Shown: positions 18,846 to 27,155 of the stretch, in pieces | Layout of the letters: each line of letters opens with the position of its first letter | Position numbering within the stretch: position 1 is the stretch's first letter | NCBI RefSeq assembly: GCF_000406145.1 | Contig: NZ_CM001976.1 | Span: 2,072,161 to 2,104,160, forward strand | DNA: 32,000 nt | DNA from: Dickeya dadantii NCPPB 898 | GTDB taxonomy: Bacteria; Pseudomonadota; Gammaproteobacteria; Enterobacterales; Enterobacteriaceae | Direction: 5' to 3' | Notes under the pieces: generated by a model | Told to the model about the DNA's origin: nothing | What the model saw: only the letters and a program-made list of their open reading frames with translations | Databases searched by the model: none | Position numbers and translations under genes: made by a program

Positions 18846-19616
18846 TCAGGGCGTCAGCAGCCGGATGTTGTTGGATTTGAGATAGTGTATGCAGTCGGCG
18901 TCCGGTGTGCGGTTGGTGATTACCGTATCAAATAAGGTTAGCGCGCCGATGCGTGCGGGCTTGCGTTTGCCGAACTTGCTGCCGTCCGCTACCAGGATCA
19001 CGCGCTGGGATAAGGCCATGGCGCGGTGTTTCATCGCCAGCTCGGCGAAATTAAAACAGGTAGCGCCTGCCTCCGGGTCGATTCCTCCCGCCGAGATGAA
19101 CGCCTTGGTCGGGCAGATCTGATCCAGTTCATGCTGACGTCCCAGCGGAGTAAAAATGGCGTTGTCAGGATGGAACTCCCCACCGCACAGGATTATCCGG
19201 CCGTTCGGTTTGCCCTGTAACGCCAGAAAGGTATTGAGCGAATAGCAGATGCCGGTAAACGGCAGGTCATCCGGAATGGCGGCGATTATGAAAGGGATGG
19301 TGGTGCCGCAGTCAAAGAACAGGGTATCGTTCGGTTCGATGCTGGCGGCGGCCAGTTCGCCCACGATGCTTTTTTCCACCACGTGTTTTGCCTGCTGGTC
19401 GGAGACAAAATAGCTGGTGGCGCCGTTGGCTTTCAGATCACACACCACGTAGCCGCCCAGCAGTACCACCGATGCCTCCGGCTGGGCGTTCAGATCGCGT
19501 CGGACTGTCATCTCGGAGACGCCAAGCAGTAGCGCCGCATCTTTCAGATGCAGTTTGTCGGCCTTTTTTAAAGCCTGAGCCAGTTTGTTGAGCCGTGCTG
19601 CGCGACGCGTTTCCAT
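18846..19616 (-). CDS. deoR: DeoR-family transcriptional repressor (deoxyribose operon repressor)
   Basis: GAGGAAAAAC precedes the ATG. METRR....KLHLKDAALLLGVSEMTVRRDLN (HTH), TLFFDCGTT, CYSLNTFLAL and CGGEFH..NAIF are collinear with E. coli DeoR. Confidence 0.9.
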   Translation of the reverse strand: METRRAARLNKLAQALKKADKLHLKDAALLLGVSEMTVRRDLNAQPEASVVLLGGYVVCDLKANGATSYFVSDQQAKHVVEKSIVGELAAASIEPNDTLFFDCGTTIPFIIAAIPDDLPFTGICYSLNTFLALQGKPNGRIILCGGEFHPDNAIFTPLGRQHELDQICPTKAFISAGGIDPEAGATCFNFAELAMKHRAMALSQRVILVADGSKFGKRKPARIGALTLFDTVITNRTPDADCIHYLKSNNIRLLTP

Positions 19617-19933
19617 GTTTTTCCTCGATAATGCCGGTCAGACTAGCTCCGATGCAGAATATTCACCATGCACTACGCCATCCTTCATGGCAAATGCCTG
19701 AATCGGAATACGTGATAGGAATGAAAGTGAAATGCACCGGGGATGGTTAACCGCAGGCAATGTGCGCTGACTGCTCAGCAGATGGGACATTAATATAACC
19801 TTCATGAAAGGTGGGGCGCAAATCCATCATGAAAATGTTATAACGCACCGGGCCTTATTAGATCGGCTAATTAACGTAAACAAACCAATGGGTAACTCGC
19901 GTGACGCCGACAGAAAAATAAGAGCTGAATTAT

Positions 19934-20019
19934 AAAAAAGAAAATGCCCGTCGTTCTTGAACCTAACCGGCGTGAACGACGGGCTCCTCAATTCAGGGAT
20001 ATCAAAGAAAAGCAGTGGC
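19934..20019 (-). ncRNA. rybB: RybB small RNA (sigma-E-dependent, Hfq-binding OMP-mRNA repressor)
   Basis: The minus strand reads GCCACTGCTTTTCTTTGATATCCCTGAATTGAGGAGCCCGTCGTTCACGCCGGTTAGGTTCAAGAACGACGGGCATTTTCTTTTTT. The first 19 nt (the seed) are identical to E. coli RybB as I recall it (GCCACUGCUUUUCUUUGAU). The GGAGCCC...GGUUCAAG... terminator architecture is conserved: an 11-bp stem at 19946-19956/19974-19984 plus a U-tract. It sits next to ybjL, as in E. coli. Confidence 0.9.
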
Positions 20020-20025
20020 ACTAAT

Positions 20026-20053
20026 TCAGACTTTACCTTTGGAAAAAAGTTCT
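20026..20053 (-). promoter_or_regulatory. Sigma-E (RpoE) promoter of rybB
   Basis: The minus strand reads aGAACTT-(16 nt)-TCTGA-(6 nt)-G(+1). This matches the sigma-E consensus GGAACTT-N16-TCTGA with canonical spacing to the RybB 5' end at 20019. Confidence 0.85.
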
Positions 20054-20094
20054 GTGCTTTTCGAAAAAAAATTGACGTTGATTTACAAAGTGAC

Positions 20095-21783
20095 TCAGCC
20101 GGGTAGTTGCGGCCAGATAATCACAATCAGCGACCCGGCCAGCGTCAGCAATACGTTGGCGATGGCATAGGTCCCAGCGTATCCCAGCGCGGGGATATTG
20201 CTGCGGGCGGTATCGCTGATAATCTCCATCGCCGGGGCGCAGGTGCGTGCCCCCATAATCGCGCCGAACAGTAGCGCCCGGTTCATGCGCAGTACATAAG
20301 CACCGAACAAAAAACAGACAACCACCGGCAGCAGGCTGACGATCAGCCCCGACAGCACCATCTGGATGCCTACGTCGCCGAAGCTGTGGTTGATGGTGCT
20401 GCCGGCGCTTAGCCCGACGCCGGCCATAAAGACCATCAGGCCGAACTCTTTCACCATATTCAGCGCCCCCTGCGGGATGTAACCGAAGGTCGGGTGGTTG
20501 GCGCGCAGAAACCCGAGCATGATGCCGGAAAACAGCAAACCCGCCGCGTTGCCGATACCGAAGGAAAAATTGCGGAACTGGAAGGTGATCAGCCCCACCA
20601 TAATGCCGATGATGAAAAAGGCGCAGAAAGCCAGCAGGTCGGTGACCTGGCTGTGAATGGAGATAAAACCGATGCGGTCGGCGATGCTTTTCACCCGGCG
20701 AGCGTCGCCGCTGACCTGTAAAACGTCCCCTTTATTCAGCACCACGCCGTCGTCGATCGGCATTTCAATCTGGCTGCGGACGATGCGGTTGAGGAAACAG
20801 CCATGGTCGGTCAGTTTCAATTGGCTCAGACGTTTGCCTACGGCGTTGTGGTTTTTCACCACGATTTCCTCGGTCACGATCCGCATATCCAGCAGGTCGC
20901 GCTCAAACACTTCCTTGCCATCGCGGAAATTGGGGTTGAGGCGGGCGTGAGCGTCTGGATATCCCACCAGCGCGATTTCATCTCCCAGTTGCAGCACGGC
21001 GTCGCCATCCGGCGTCGCCAGAATGCCGTTGCGACGGATGCGCTCAATGTAGCAGCCGGTCTGACGATAAATACCCAGTTCGCGCAGATTTTTGCCGTCA
21101 GCCCATGCCACCAGCTCCGGGCCGACCCGATAGGCGCGAATGATCGGCAGGTAAATCTTACGCTGACTGTCGGCGTCCAGCCCGCGTTCGCGGGCAATCT
21201 GTTGGGCACTGGTCGGCAGATCCTGATGCTGCAGTTTGGGCAGATAGCGGGCGCCGAAAATCAGGCTGACCAGACCGATCAGGTAGGTCAGCGCGTAGCC
21301 CAGACTCAGTTGCTCCTGCGTCATCGACAACTGTGGTCCGATGCTGATGGTGTTGCGCAGCGTATCCCCGGCGCCTACCAGCACCGGCGTTGAGGTCATG
21401 GCGCCCGCCAACATACCGGCGGTCAGGCCGATGCCCCAGCCGAATACCTTGCCCAGCACCAGGGCTGTCAACAATGCGCTGCTGACCATGACCAGCGCCA
21501 GCATCAGATAATTCTTGCCGTCGCGGAAAAAAATCGAGAAGAAGTTGGGGCCGGCTTCCACGCCGACGCAGAAAATAAACAGCATAAAACCGAGGTTAAG
21601 CGCGTCGGTATTGATGGCGAAATGCTGCTGCCCGAGCAACAGCGATACCACCAGAACACCAATGGAATTGCCGAGTTGAACCGAACCGAGCCGCAATTTT
21701 CCCAGACAAAGACCTAAACAGAGAACCACGAACAACAGCAGAATGTAATTCCCGTTTAACAAATCAGCGACGTTTATATTCAT
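20095..21783 (-). CDS. ybjL: Putative transport protein YbjL (AAE/aspartate:alanine-exchanger-type, two TrkA-C domains)
   Basis: The 562-aa polytopic protein begins [34 protein letters not shown] and is almost collinear with E. coli YbjL along its whole length. Confidence 0.93.
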   Translation of the reverse strand: MNINVADLLNGNYILLLFVVLCLGLCLGKLRLGSVQLGNSIGVLVVSLLLGQQHFAINTDALNLGFMLFIFCVGVEAGPNFFSIFFRDGKNYLMLALVMVSSALLTALVLGKVFGWGIGLTAGMLAGAMTSTPVLVGAGDTLRNTISIGPQLSMTQEQLSLGYALTYLIGLVSLIFGARYLPKLQHQDLPTSAQQIARERGLDADSQRKIYLPIIRAYRVGPELVAWADGKNLRELGIYRQTGCYIERIRRNGILATPDGDAVLQLGDEIALVGYPDAHARLNPNFRDGKEVFERDLLDMRIVTEEIVVKNHNAVGKRLSQLKLTDHGCFLNRIVRSQIEMPIDDGVVLNKGDVLQVSGDARRVKSIADRIGFISIHSQVTDLLAFCAFFIIGIMVGLITFQFRNFSFGIGNAAGLLFSGIMLGFLRANHPTFGYIPQGALNMVKEFGLMVFMAGVGLSAGSTINHSFGDVGIQMVLSGLIVSLLPVVVCFLFGAYVLRMNRALLFGAIMGARTCAPAMEIISDTARSNIPALGYAGTYAIANVLLTLAGSLIVIIWPQLPG

Positions 21784-22128
21784 GAAATGTAACTTGTTGT
21801 TTACTGGTAAATTATTGATATAAAAAATAATTTAGACTAAATTTACCCCATTATAGGGGTTCCGGCCATGTCTGGACGACAACATGATGATAAGAAAGGA
21901 TCGGCCCCGTTACTCATTATCCGGCAATGCCCTGAAAGAACGGCGGCATCGTCTGGTATGGCAACGCCATTTTAGTGATTTCTCCAGCGGACAACCAGCT
22001 GATGATGCTGATAAATCATCTCATCGCTGGCTTTTCGTCCCATCAGGGATACCTGCCGCGCCATGATTGATGTGGGCGACGATCGTCGCTCGTCATGCGC
22101 GGCTTCAGTCTATTTCGGGGAGGCTCAC

Positions 22129-22503
22129 ATGACAGGCAACAACAGAGGTTGGTTGGGTGTGGTTAGCTGTTTTGTCTTGTTTACGCTGGTGTTTCTAAGT
22201 CAGAAGATGCGTATCGTCGGCACATCGCTGGAAGACGGTTTCCGGGGCGACCCCGGCATGCTGCTGTTTTTGCTGCCGGGAATGGTATCGAGCTACCTGT
22301 CGCGCAACCGACGGTTGCATTATCCCTTAATGGGGGCGCTGGCGGCGATGCCGCTCTGCCTACTGGTGCTGCAACTGTGGCAGTTTTCCAGCCTGTCGTT
22401 CTGGCAGGAACTGGCCTATGTCAGCAGCGCGGTATTCTGGTGTCTGATGGGCGGGCTGGCTTTTCTGTTCTTGCGAGCGGTCAGCCGGTACTATTTGCGC
22501 TAG
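22129..22503 (+). CDS. ybjM: Small inner-membrane protein YbjM
   Basis: The ATG at 22129 has GGAGG 6 nt upstream. The 124-aa product has four hydrophobic segments and blocks shared with E. coli YbjM (LLF.LPG.V.S, SFWQELA...SAVFWC..G.L.FLF). Its position between ybjL and grxA is as in E. coli. Confidence 0.8.
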   Translation: MTGNNRGWLGVVSCFVLFTLVFLSQKMRIVGTSLEDGFRGDPGMLLFLLPGMVSSYLSRNRRLHYPLMGALAAMPLCLLVLQLWQFSSLSFWQELAYVSSAVFWCLMGGLAFLFLRAVSRYYLR

Positions 22504-22590
22504 AAATGTTTCTGTCAGCGATGTTTTTGCCAGCGAGTCGTTACCCTGCACCCTATAACTGCGCGGCGGCGCGCTAGCCTCTATTTATGA

Positions 22591-22661
22591 GTAGAAAAAA
22601 CCATTGTGGTTATGGCAGAAAAACTGACTACGGTAAAAAAACTAACTACGGTAGAAAAACA
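22591..22661. repeat. Degenerate short tandem repeat (18-bp units GYARAAAAACTRACTACG)
   Basis: GCAGAAAAACTGACTACG (22616-22633) and GTAAAAAAACTAACTACG (22634-22651) are followed by a partial GTAGAAAAAC (22652-22661). A related GTAGAAAAAAC lies at 22591-22601. The array sits between the ybjM stop and the shared terminator. Confidence 0.7.
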
Positions 22662-22686
22662 AAAAGGCGCCGTTGGCGCCTTTTTT
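22661..22686. terminator. Bidirectional Rho-independent terminator shared by ybjM (+) and grxA (-)
   Basis: AAAAA-GGCGCC-gtt-GGCGCC-TTTTTT, a symmetric hairpin flanked by A- and T-tracts between convergent genes. Confidence 0.8.
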
Positions 22687-22700
22687 GCCGGTAACCGGGA

Positions 22701-22958
22701 TTACTGGAACAGGTGTTCGCGGGCGTAAGCTTCGAAATCGGTGCAGCCGCCAATGTGTTTTTCATCCAGAAAAATCTGAGGGACGGTTTCCACCGGTTTA
22801 CCGACCGTTTTGGACAAATCGGCTTTGGTGATGCCTTCCGCGTGAATATCGACATAGCGGTAATTGAAATCGTCACGCTCTTCGGTCAGTTTCTCAGCCA
22901 GCTCTTTGGCGCGGACACAATAAGGACAGCCGGGGCGACCGAAAATAACTGCGTACAT
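22701..22958 (-). CDS. grxA: Glutaredoxin 1
   Basis: AAGGAG lies 6 nt upstream of the ATG. The 85-aa product has the active site CPYC (FGRPGCPYCVRAKELAEKL) and GKPVETVPQIF.D..HIGG, collinear with E. coli GrxA. Confidence 0.95.
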   Translation of the reverse strand: MYAVIFGRPGCPYCVRAKELAEKLTEERDDFNYRYVDIHAEGITKADLSKTVGKPVETVPQIFLDEKHIGGCTDFEAYAREHLFQ

Positions 22959-23287
22959 GTGAACTCCTTACTTTCTAATTTTGTCTGGTTCTTCCTGCCA
23001 TCAGGGAGATACCTACGTGGTAAACGGTTTTTAGCCAACCGCGCTACTATGCCTGCAATCAGGGGTGATCTGAAGCAGTCATTGCCTGTCATAACGATTA
23101 GCTCCATCTATTGCAACCGGGTTCGATACCAGACATGGCCTAAAATCGCCGACGGCATTGGTCTGTCTGACTGTCTGACATATACTTGCCATTTATGCCG
23201 AATGGTCGCTTATCAACAGACCGGCGCCGCCGGATGACCGCCGCCGGTGTTGTGTCATCTCAACATTGTGTTTCAGGGATATTCAAC

Positions 23288-24010
23288 GTGACGCCAACCA
23301 TTTCACTGTTACGCCAGCACCGCTCCATCCGATCGTTTACCGACCAGCCGCTCAGCGACGAACAGCGCAATGCCATTATCGCCGCCGCACAGAGCGCATC
23401 CACCTCCAGTTTCCTGCAATGCAGTTCGATTATCCGCATTACCGAGCCGGCATTACGCTCGCAACTGGTGCGCCTGACTGGCGAACAGCCCTGGGTCGGA
23501 CAGGCGGCTGAGTTCTGGGTGTTCTGCGCCGATTTTCATCGCCATCAGCAGATTTATCCGCAAGCCGAACTGGGGCTGGCGGAGCAGTTGTTGCTCGGCT
23601 GCGTCGATACCGCGCTGATGGGGCAGAATGCGCTGGTGGCGGCCGAATCGCTGGGGTTGGGCGGTGTCTTCATCGGCGGCGTTCGCAACCAGATCGCCGA
23701 TGTCACTCAGTTGCTGGCGTTGCCTCAGCAGGTATTGCCGCTGTTCGGATTATGCCTGGGGTATCCGGCCGCGCAGCCCGATCTCAAACCGCGTCTGCCG
23801 GCGGCGCTGATAGTGCATGAGAACCGCTATCAGCCGCTGGATCGCGCCCTGCTGGCGGACTATGACCAGCATATCGTCGAGTATTATCGTCAACGTGACA
23901 GCAATCAGCGTATGGAAAGCTGGAGCGACCAAATCCGACGCACCCTGAGCAAGGAGCGTCGCCCGTTCATGCTGGACTACCTGCGACAGCAGGGCTGGGC
24001 CACCCGATAG
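23288..24010 (+). CDS. nfsA: Oxygen-insensitive NADPH nitroreductase A
   Basis: A GTG start at 23288 (AGGGA about 9 nt upstream) gives (M)TPTISLLRQHRSIRSFTDQP, which aligns with the E. coli NfsA N-terminus MTPTIELICGHRSIRHFTDEP. Also present: SSSFLQCSSIIRIT, AAEFWVFCADF, AAESLGLGGV.IGG, LPLFGLCLG.PA..PDLKPRLP, and the ending QGWATR. The 34 upstream codons in the ORF track were rejected. Confidence 0.9.
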   Translation: MTPTISLLRQHRSIRSFTDQPLSDEQRNAIIAAAQSASTSSFLQCSSIIRITEPALRSQLVRLTGEQPWVGQAAEFWVFCADFHRHQQIYPQAELGLAEQLLLGCVDTALMGQNALVAAESLGLGGVFIGGVRNQIADVTQLLALPQQVLPLFGLCLGYPAAQPDLKPRLPAALIVHENRYQPLDRALLADYDQHIVEYYRQRDSNQRMESWSDQIRRTLSKERRPFMLDYLRQQGWATR

Positions 24011-24022
24011 CACTGGAGCGCT

Positions 24023-24925
24023 ATGAAAATCGCCATTCTGTCACAGGACGGTTCTCTCTATTCCTGCAAGCGGTTATGCGAGGCGGCGGAGGAACGACAG
24101 CACAGCATCGAGGTGATCAATCCGCTATCGTGCTATATGAACATTAACTCGGCCGCGCCGTCGGTTCATTACCGGGGGCGCCAGTTGGACCATTATGACG
24201 CGGTGATTCCGCGTATCGGGGCCGCGATTACCTTTTATGGCACGGCCGTGTTGCGTCAGTTTGAAATGCTGGGCAGCGTCGTGCTGAATAACGCCATGTC
24301 GGTGATCCGCGCCCGGGATAAACTGCATTCGCTGCAATTGTTGGCCCGTCAGGGTATTGATTTGCCGATTACCGGTTTTGCGCACTCGCCGGACGATACC
24401 GCCGACCTGATCAAGATGGTCGGCGGCGCGCCGCTGGTGGTGAAACTGGTGGAGGGTACGCAGGGAATCGGGGTGGTGCTGGCGGAAACCCATCAGGCGG
24501 CGGAAAGCGTCATTGATGCCTTTCGCGGCCTCAACGCCCATATTCTGGTGCAGGAATATGTCCGTGAGGCGCACGGTAAGGATATTCGCTGTCTGGTGGT
24601 CGGCGAACGGGTGGTGGCGGCTATCGAACGACAGGCTAAGCCGGGCGATTTTCGCTCCAACCTGCATCGTGGTGGGTCAGCCAGCCGGGTGCGGATCACG
24701 CCACAGGAGCGCGCAATTGCGGTCAAGGCCGCAAAAACATTGGGACTCAATGTGGCGGGTGTTGATATACTGCGGTCGGCGCGCGGGCCTCTGGTTATGG
24801 AGGTCAACGCCTCGCCCGGGCTGGAAGGCATTGAAACCGCTACCGGGTTGGATATCGCAGGGATGATGATCGACTACATTGAACACCATCACCGTGCGGC
24901 ATCCCGTTCAGTCAGGGCCGGTTGA
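24023..24925 (+). CDS. rimK: Ribosomal protein S6 L-glutamate ligase (ATP-grasp)
   Basis: GGAG lies 4 nt upstream. [58 protein letters not shown] and [16 protein letters not shown] are collinear with E. coli RimK. Confidence 0.95.
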   Translation: MKIAILSQDGSLYSCKRLCEAAEERQHSIEVINPLSCYMNINSAAPSVHYRGRQLDHYDAVIPRIGAAITFYGTAVLRQFEMLGSVVLNNAMSVIRARDKLHSLQLLARQGIDLPITGFAHSPDDTADLIKMVGGAPLVVKLVEGTQGIGVVLAETHQAAESVIDAFRGLNAHILVQEYVREAHGKDIRCLVVGERVVAAIERQAKPGDFRSNLHRGGSASRVRITPQERAIAVKAAKTLGLNVAGVDILRSARGPLVMEVNASPGLEGIETATGLDIAGMMIDYIEHHHRAASRSVRAG

Positions 24926-25064
24926 ATGCCGGCGTAAACGCAGTCTTTGCGGTGCGCAGGCGCGCCGTCGTGGTCAGTCAGCGATGAGGATTGACCCGCT
25001 ATTCCTGGGTTAGGCATTGCGTAGGTCAGGGTTTTTATCATCCATGAAATATGAGGCGGTCAAG

Positions 25065-25544
25065 ATGGATTCAATCATCGTCCCTGATTTGAATTTGCTT
25101 CGGCGATGGCTGGATCAACTGGGCATCATTTACTTCGAGTGCGACTCCTGTGAGGCTTTGCATTTGCCGCACATGCAGAATTTCGACGGCGTGTTCGACG
25201 CTAAGATCGACATGGCCGACAGCGTCATCCTGTTCTCTGCGCTGGCGGAAGTGAAGCCGACCGCCTTGATTCCGCTGGTGGGCAACCTGAGCCAGATCAA
25301 CGCCAGCTCGCTGACCGCCAAGGCGTTTCTCGATATTCAGGACGACAACCTGCCTAAATTGATCGTCTGCCAGACATTCAGCGCCGGTGCCGGTATCACG
25401 CTGGAGCAGTTTCGCCATTTCATGCAGCAGGCCGAGCAGCAAATCTCTATGGTGATCATGGAAGCCAGCGCCAATAATCTGCTGTTTTTGGGGGATGAGG
25501 AAGAGAGCCCTGCTGAGCATTTTAACACCTCAAGCCTGCACTGA
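25065..25544 (+). CDS. ybjN: YbjN-family (putative sensory-transduction/chaperone-like) protein
   Basis: The ATG at 25065 has GAGG 8 nt upstream. FECD.C.ALHLPHMQNFDGVFDAKID, INASSLT.KAFLD.QDDNLPKL and EQISMVI.EA are collinear with E. coli YbjN. The upstream 16 codons of the ORF track were rejected. Confidence 0.9.
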   Translation: MDSIIVPDLNLLRRWLDQLGIIYFECDSCEALHLPHMQNFDGVFDAKIDMADSVILFSALAEVKPTALIPLVGNLSQINASSLTAKAFLDIQDDNLPKLIVCQTFSAGAGITLEQFRHFMQQAEQQISMVIMEASANNLLFLGDEEESPAEHFNTSSLH

Positions 25545-25591
25545 TTGCGTTATGAATCAATAGCCGACCATCAGCTTTTCTTATTTTTGAT

Positions 25592-25617
25592 AAACCGCAT
25601 TTAATGCGGTTTTTTAT
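25592..25617 (+). terminator. Rho-independent terminator of the nfsA-rimK-ybjN unit
   Basis: AAACCGCAT-tta-ATGCGGTTT is followed by TTTTATC. Confidence 0.8.
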
Positions 25618-25928
25618 CGCCTAACCCAGATGTTTTTCTGCATTTATGGTTTCAAGACGCAGCACATAGATAAATTGTGAATAAATAATCGATAAAACCT
25701 GTTTTTTGTGTTCCGGTATGGAACAGGCGTAACTGTGCGGTTATGCTTTATTTCTGTATGGTTCAGAGAATAACGTCGCGGCTGGTTGTGTTTTAACGAT
25801 GAAAAAGCGGGTGCATAGCCATTCATCGCGTCGTGATTCTGCGTCCGGAGCAACAAAGAGCGGTGTTGTTCCCGGGCACCGTACATTCACCCCCCTATAT
25901 TTACCCCCTGGTATGGAGGAAGGAACGG

Positions 25929-27038
25929 ATGTTCACCCAACGTAAAAAATGGCTTTCGGGTGTGTTAACCGGCTTAATGATGGCCGCGTCCGTCACCGCA
26001 TCTGCGGAAGAGAAAACGCTGCACGTCTATAACTGGTCTGATTATATCGCGCCGGACACGCTGGAAAACTTCCAGAAAGAGAGCGGTATTAAAGTCGTGT
26101 ATGACGTGTTTGACTCCAATGAGGTGCTGGAAGGCAAACTGATGGCCGGCAGCACGGGGTTCGACTTGGTGGTTCCTTCCGCCAGCTTCCTGGGGCGCCA
26201 GATCAGCGCCGGTGTCTTCCAGCCGCTGGATAAAAGCAAACTGCCGAACTACAAAAACCTCGATCCCGAGCTGATGAAGCTGATCGAGGAACACGATCCG
26301 GGCCATAAATATGCGGTGCCGTATCTGTGGGCCACCACCGGTATCGGCTACAACGTGGATAAGGTCAAAGCGGTATTGGGCAAAGACGCGCCGGTCAACA
26401 GCTGGGATCTGGTGTTGAAACCGGAAAACCTGGAAAAGCTGAAGAGCTGCGGCGTCTCCTTCCTGGACGCACCGGCTGAGATTTACGCCACGGTGCTCAA
26501 CTACCAGGGCAAAAATCCGAACAGCACCAATGAAGCCGATTACACCAAAGACGCCACCGACCTGCTGTTGAAACTGCGTCCGAGCGTGCGTTATTTCCAC
26601 TCGTCCCAGTACATCAACGATCTGGCTAATGGCGATATTTGCGTAGCTATCGGCTGGGCCGGCGACGTCATGCAGGCTGCCAACCGTGCCAAAGAAGCGA
26701 AAAACGGCGTAAACATCAGCTACAGCATTCCGAAGGAAGGGGCGCTGGCGTTCTTTGACGTGTTCGCGATTCCGAAAGACGCCAAAAACCTGGATTCAGC
26801 CTATCAGTTCCTCAACTATCTGCTGAAACCGGACGTGATTGCCAACGTCAGTAACCATGTGTATTACGCTAACCCTAACAAGGAAGCGACGGCGCTGGTG
26901 AAAGAAGAGGTGCGTAACAACCCGAACATCTATCCGCCTGCGGATATTCGTGCCAAGTTGTTTACGCTCAAGGTGCAGTCACCGAAAATCGATCGCGTGA
27001 TTACACGCTCGTGGACCAAGGTAAAAAGCGGGAAATAA
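25929..27038 (+). CDS. potF: Putrescine ABC transporter periplasmic binding protein
   Basis: The ATG at 25929 follows GGAGGAAGGA. It has a signal peptide (KKWLSGVLTGLMMAASVTASA). LHVYNWSDYIAPDT, GIKVVYDVFDSNEVLEGKLMAGSTGFDLVVPSASFL and YINDLANGDICVAIGWAGDV are nearly identical to E. coli PotF. The upstream 32 codons of the ORF track were rejected. Confidence 0.95.
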   Translation: MFTQRKKWLSGVLTGLMMAASVTASAEEKTLHVYNWSDYIAPDTLENFQKESGIKVVYDVFDSNEVLEGKLMAGSTGFDLVVPSASFLGRQISAGVFQPLDKSKLPNYKNLDPELMKLIEEHDPGHKYAVPYLWATTGIGYNVDKVKAVLGKDAPVNSWDLVLKPENLEKLKSCGVSFLDAPAEIYATVLNYQGKNPNSTNEADYTKDATDLLLKLRPSVRYFHSSQYINDLANGDICVAIGWAGDVMQAANRAKEAKNGVNISYSIPKEGALAFFDVFAIPKDAKNLDSAYQFLNYLLKPDVIANVSNHVYYANPNKEATALVKEEVRNNPNIYPPADIRAKLFTLKVQSPKIDRVITRSWTKVKSGK

Positions 27039-27064
27039 CCGCCACCTTTGATTCCACTTCATGC

Positions 27065-27133
27065 AACAGGCGGCTCAACCCCGCCTGTTTGTGCTATTTG
27101 TGTCGCAGTCATGTGGCTGCGACTTTGTTCTGC
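27065..27133 (+). terminator. Two intercistronic stem-loops between potF and potG (partial terminators or mRNA stabilisers)
   Basis: Hairpin 1 is AACAGGCGG-ctcaacc-CCGCCTGTT (27065-27089) followed by TGTGCTATTTG. Hairpin 2 is GTCGCAG-tcatgtgg-CTGCGAC (27102-27123) followed by TTTGTTCTGC. Confidence 0.45.
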
Positions 27134-27155
27134 TTCTGCCGGAGAGCAATATTAA

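Noticed and set aside
19827-20021. 64-aa minus-strand ORF from the track.
   Set aside because: It begins inside RybB at a GTG that overlaps the RNA 5' end, reads straight through the RybB terminator hairpin, has no SD and has no recognisable motifs. The DNA is better explained by the sRNA.
21884-22066. 60-aa plus-strand ORF in the ybjL-ybjM divergent region. Also the 64-aa ORF at 2673-2867 and the small basic ORF at 231-332.
   Set aside because: They have no SD, no motifs and atypical composition, and they lie in promoter or leader DNA. Nothing supports translation.
23087-23135. ATAA/TTAG...CTAT spacing upstream of grxA, considered as an OxyR tetranucleotide array (ATAG-N7-CTAT-N7-ATAG-N7-CTAT).
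   Set aside because: The spacings are off by one, and the third and fourth elements do not match. I cannot support the call by eye.
23049-23237. 62-codon plus-strand ORF (MPAIRGDLKQSLPV...) considered as a possible ybjC remnant.
   Set aside because: It is not hydrophobic, whereas YbjC is a membrane protein. It has no SD, and the similarity to YbjC is limited to a few N-terminal residues that could arise by chance.
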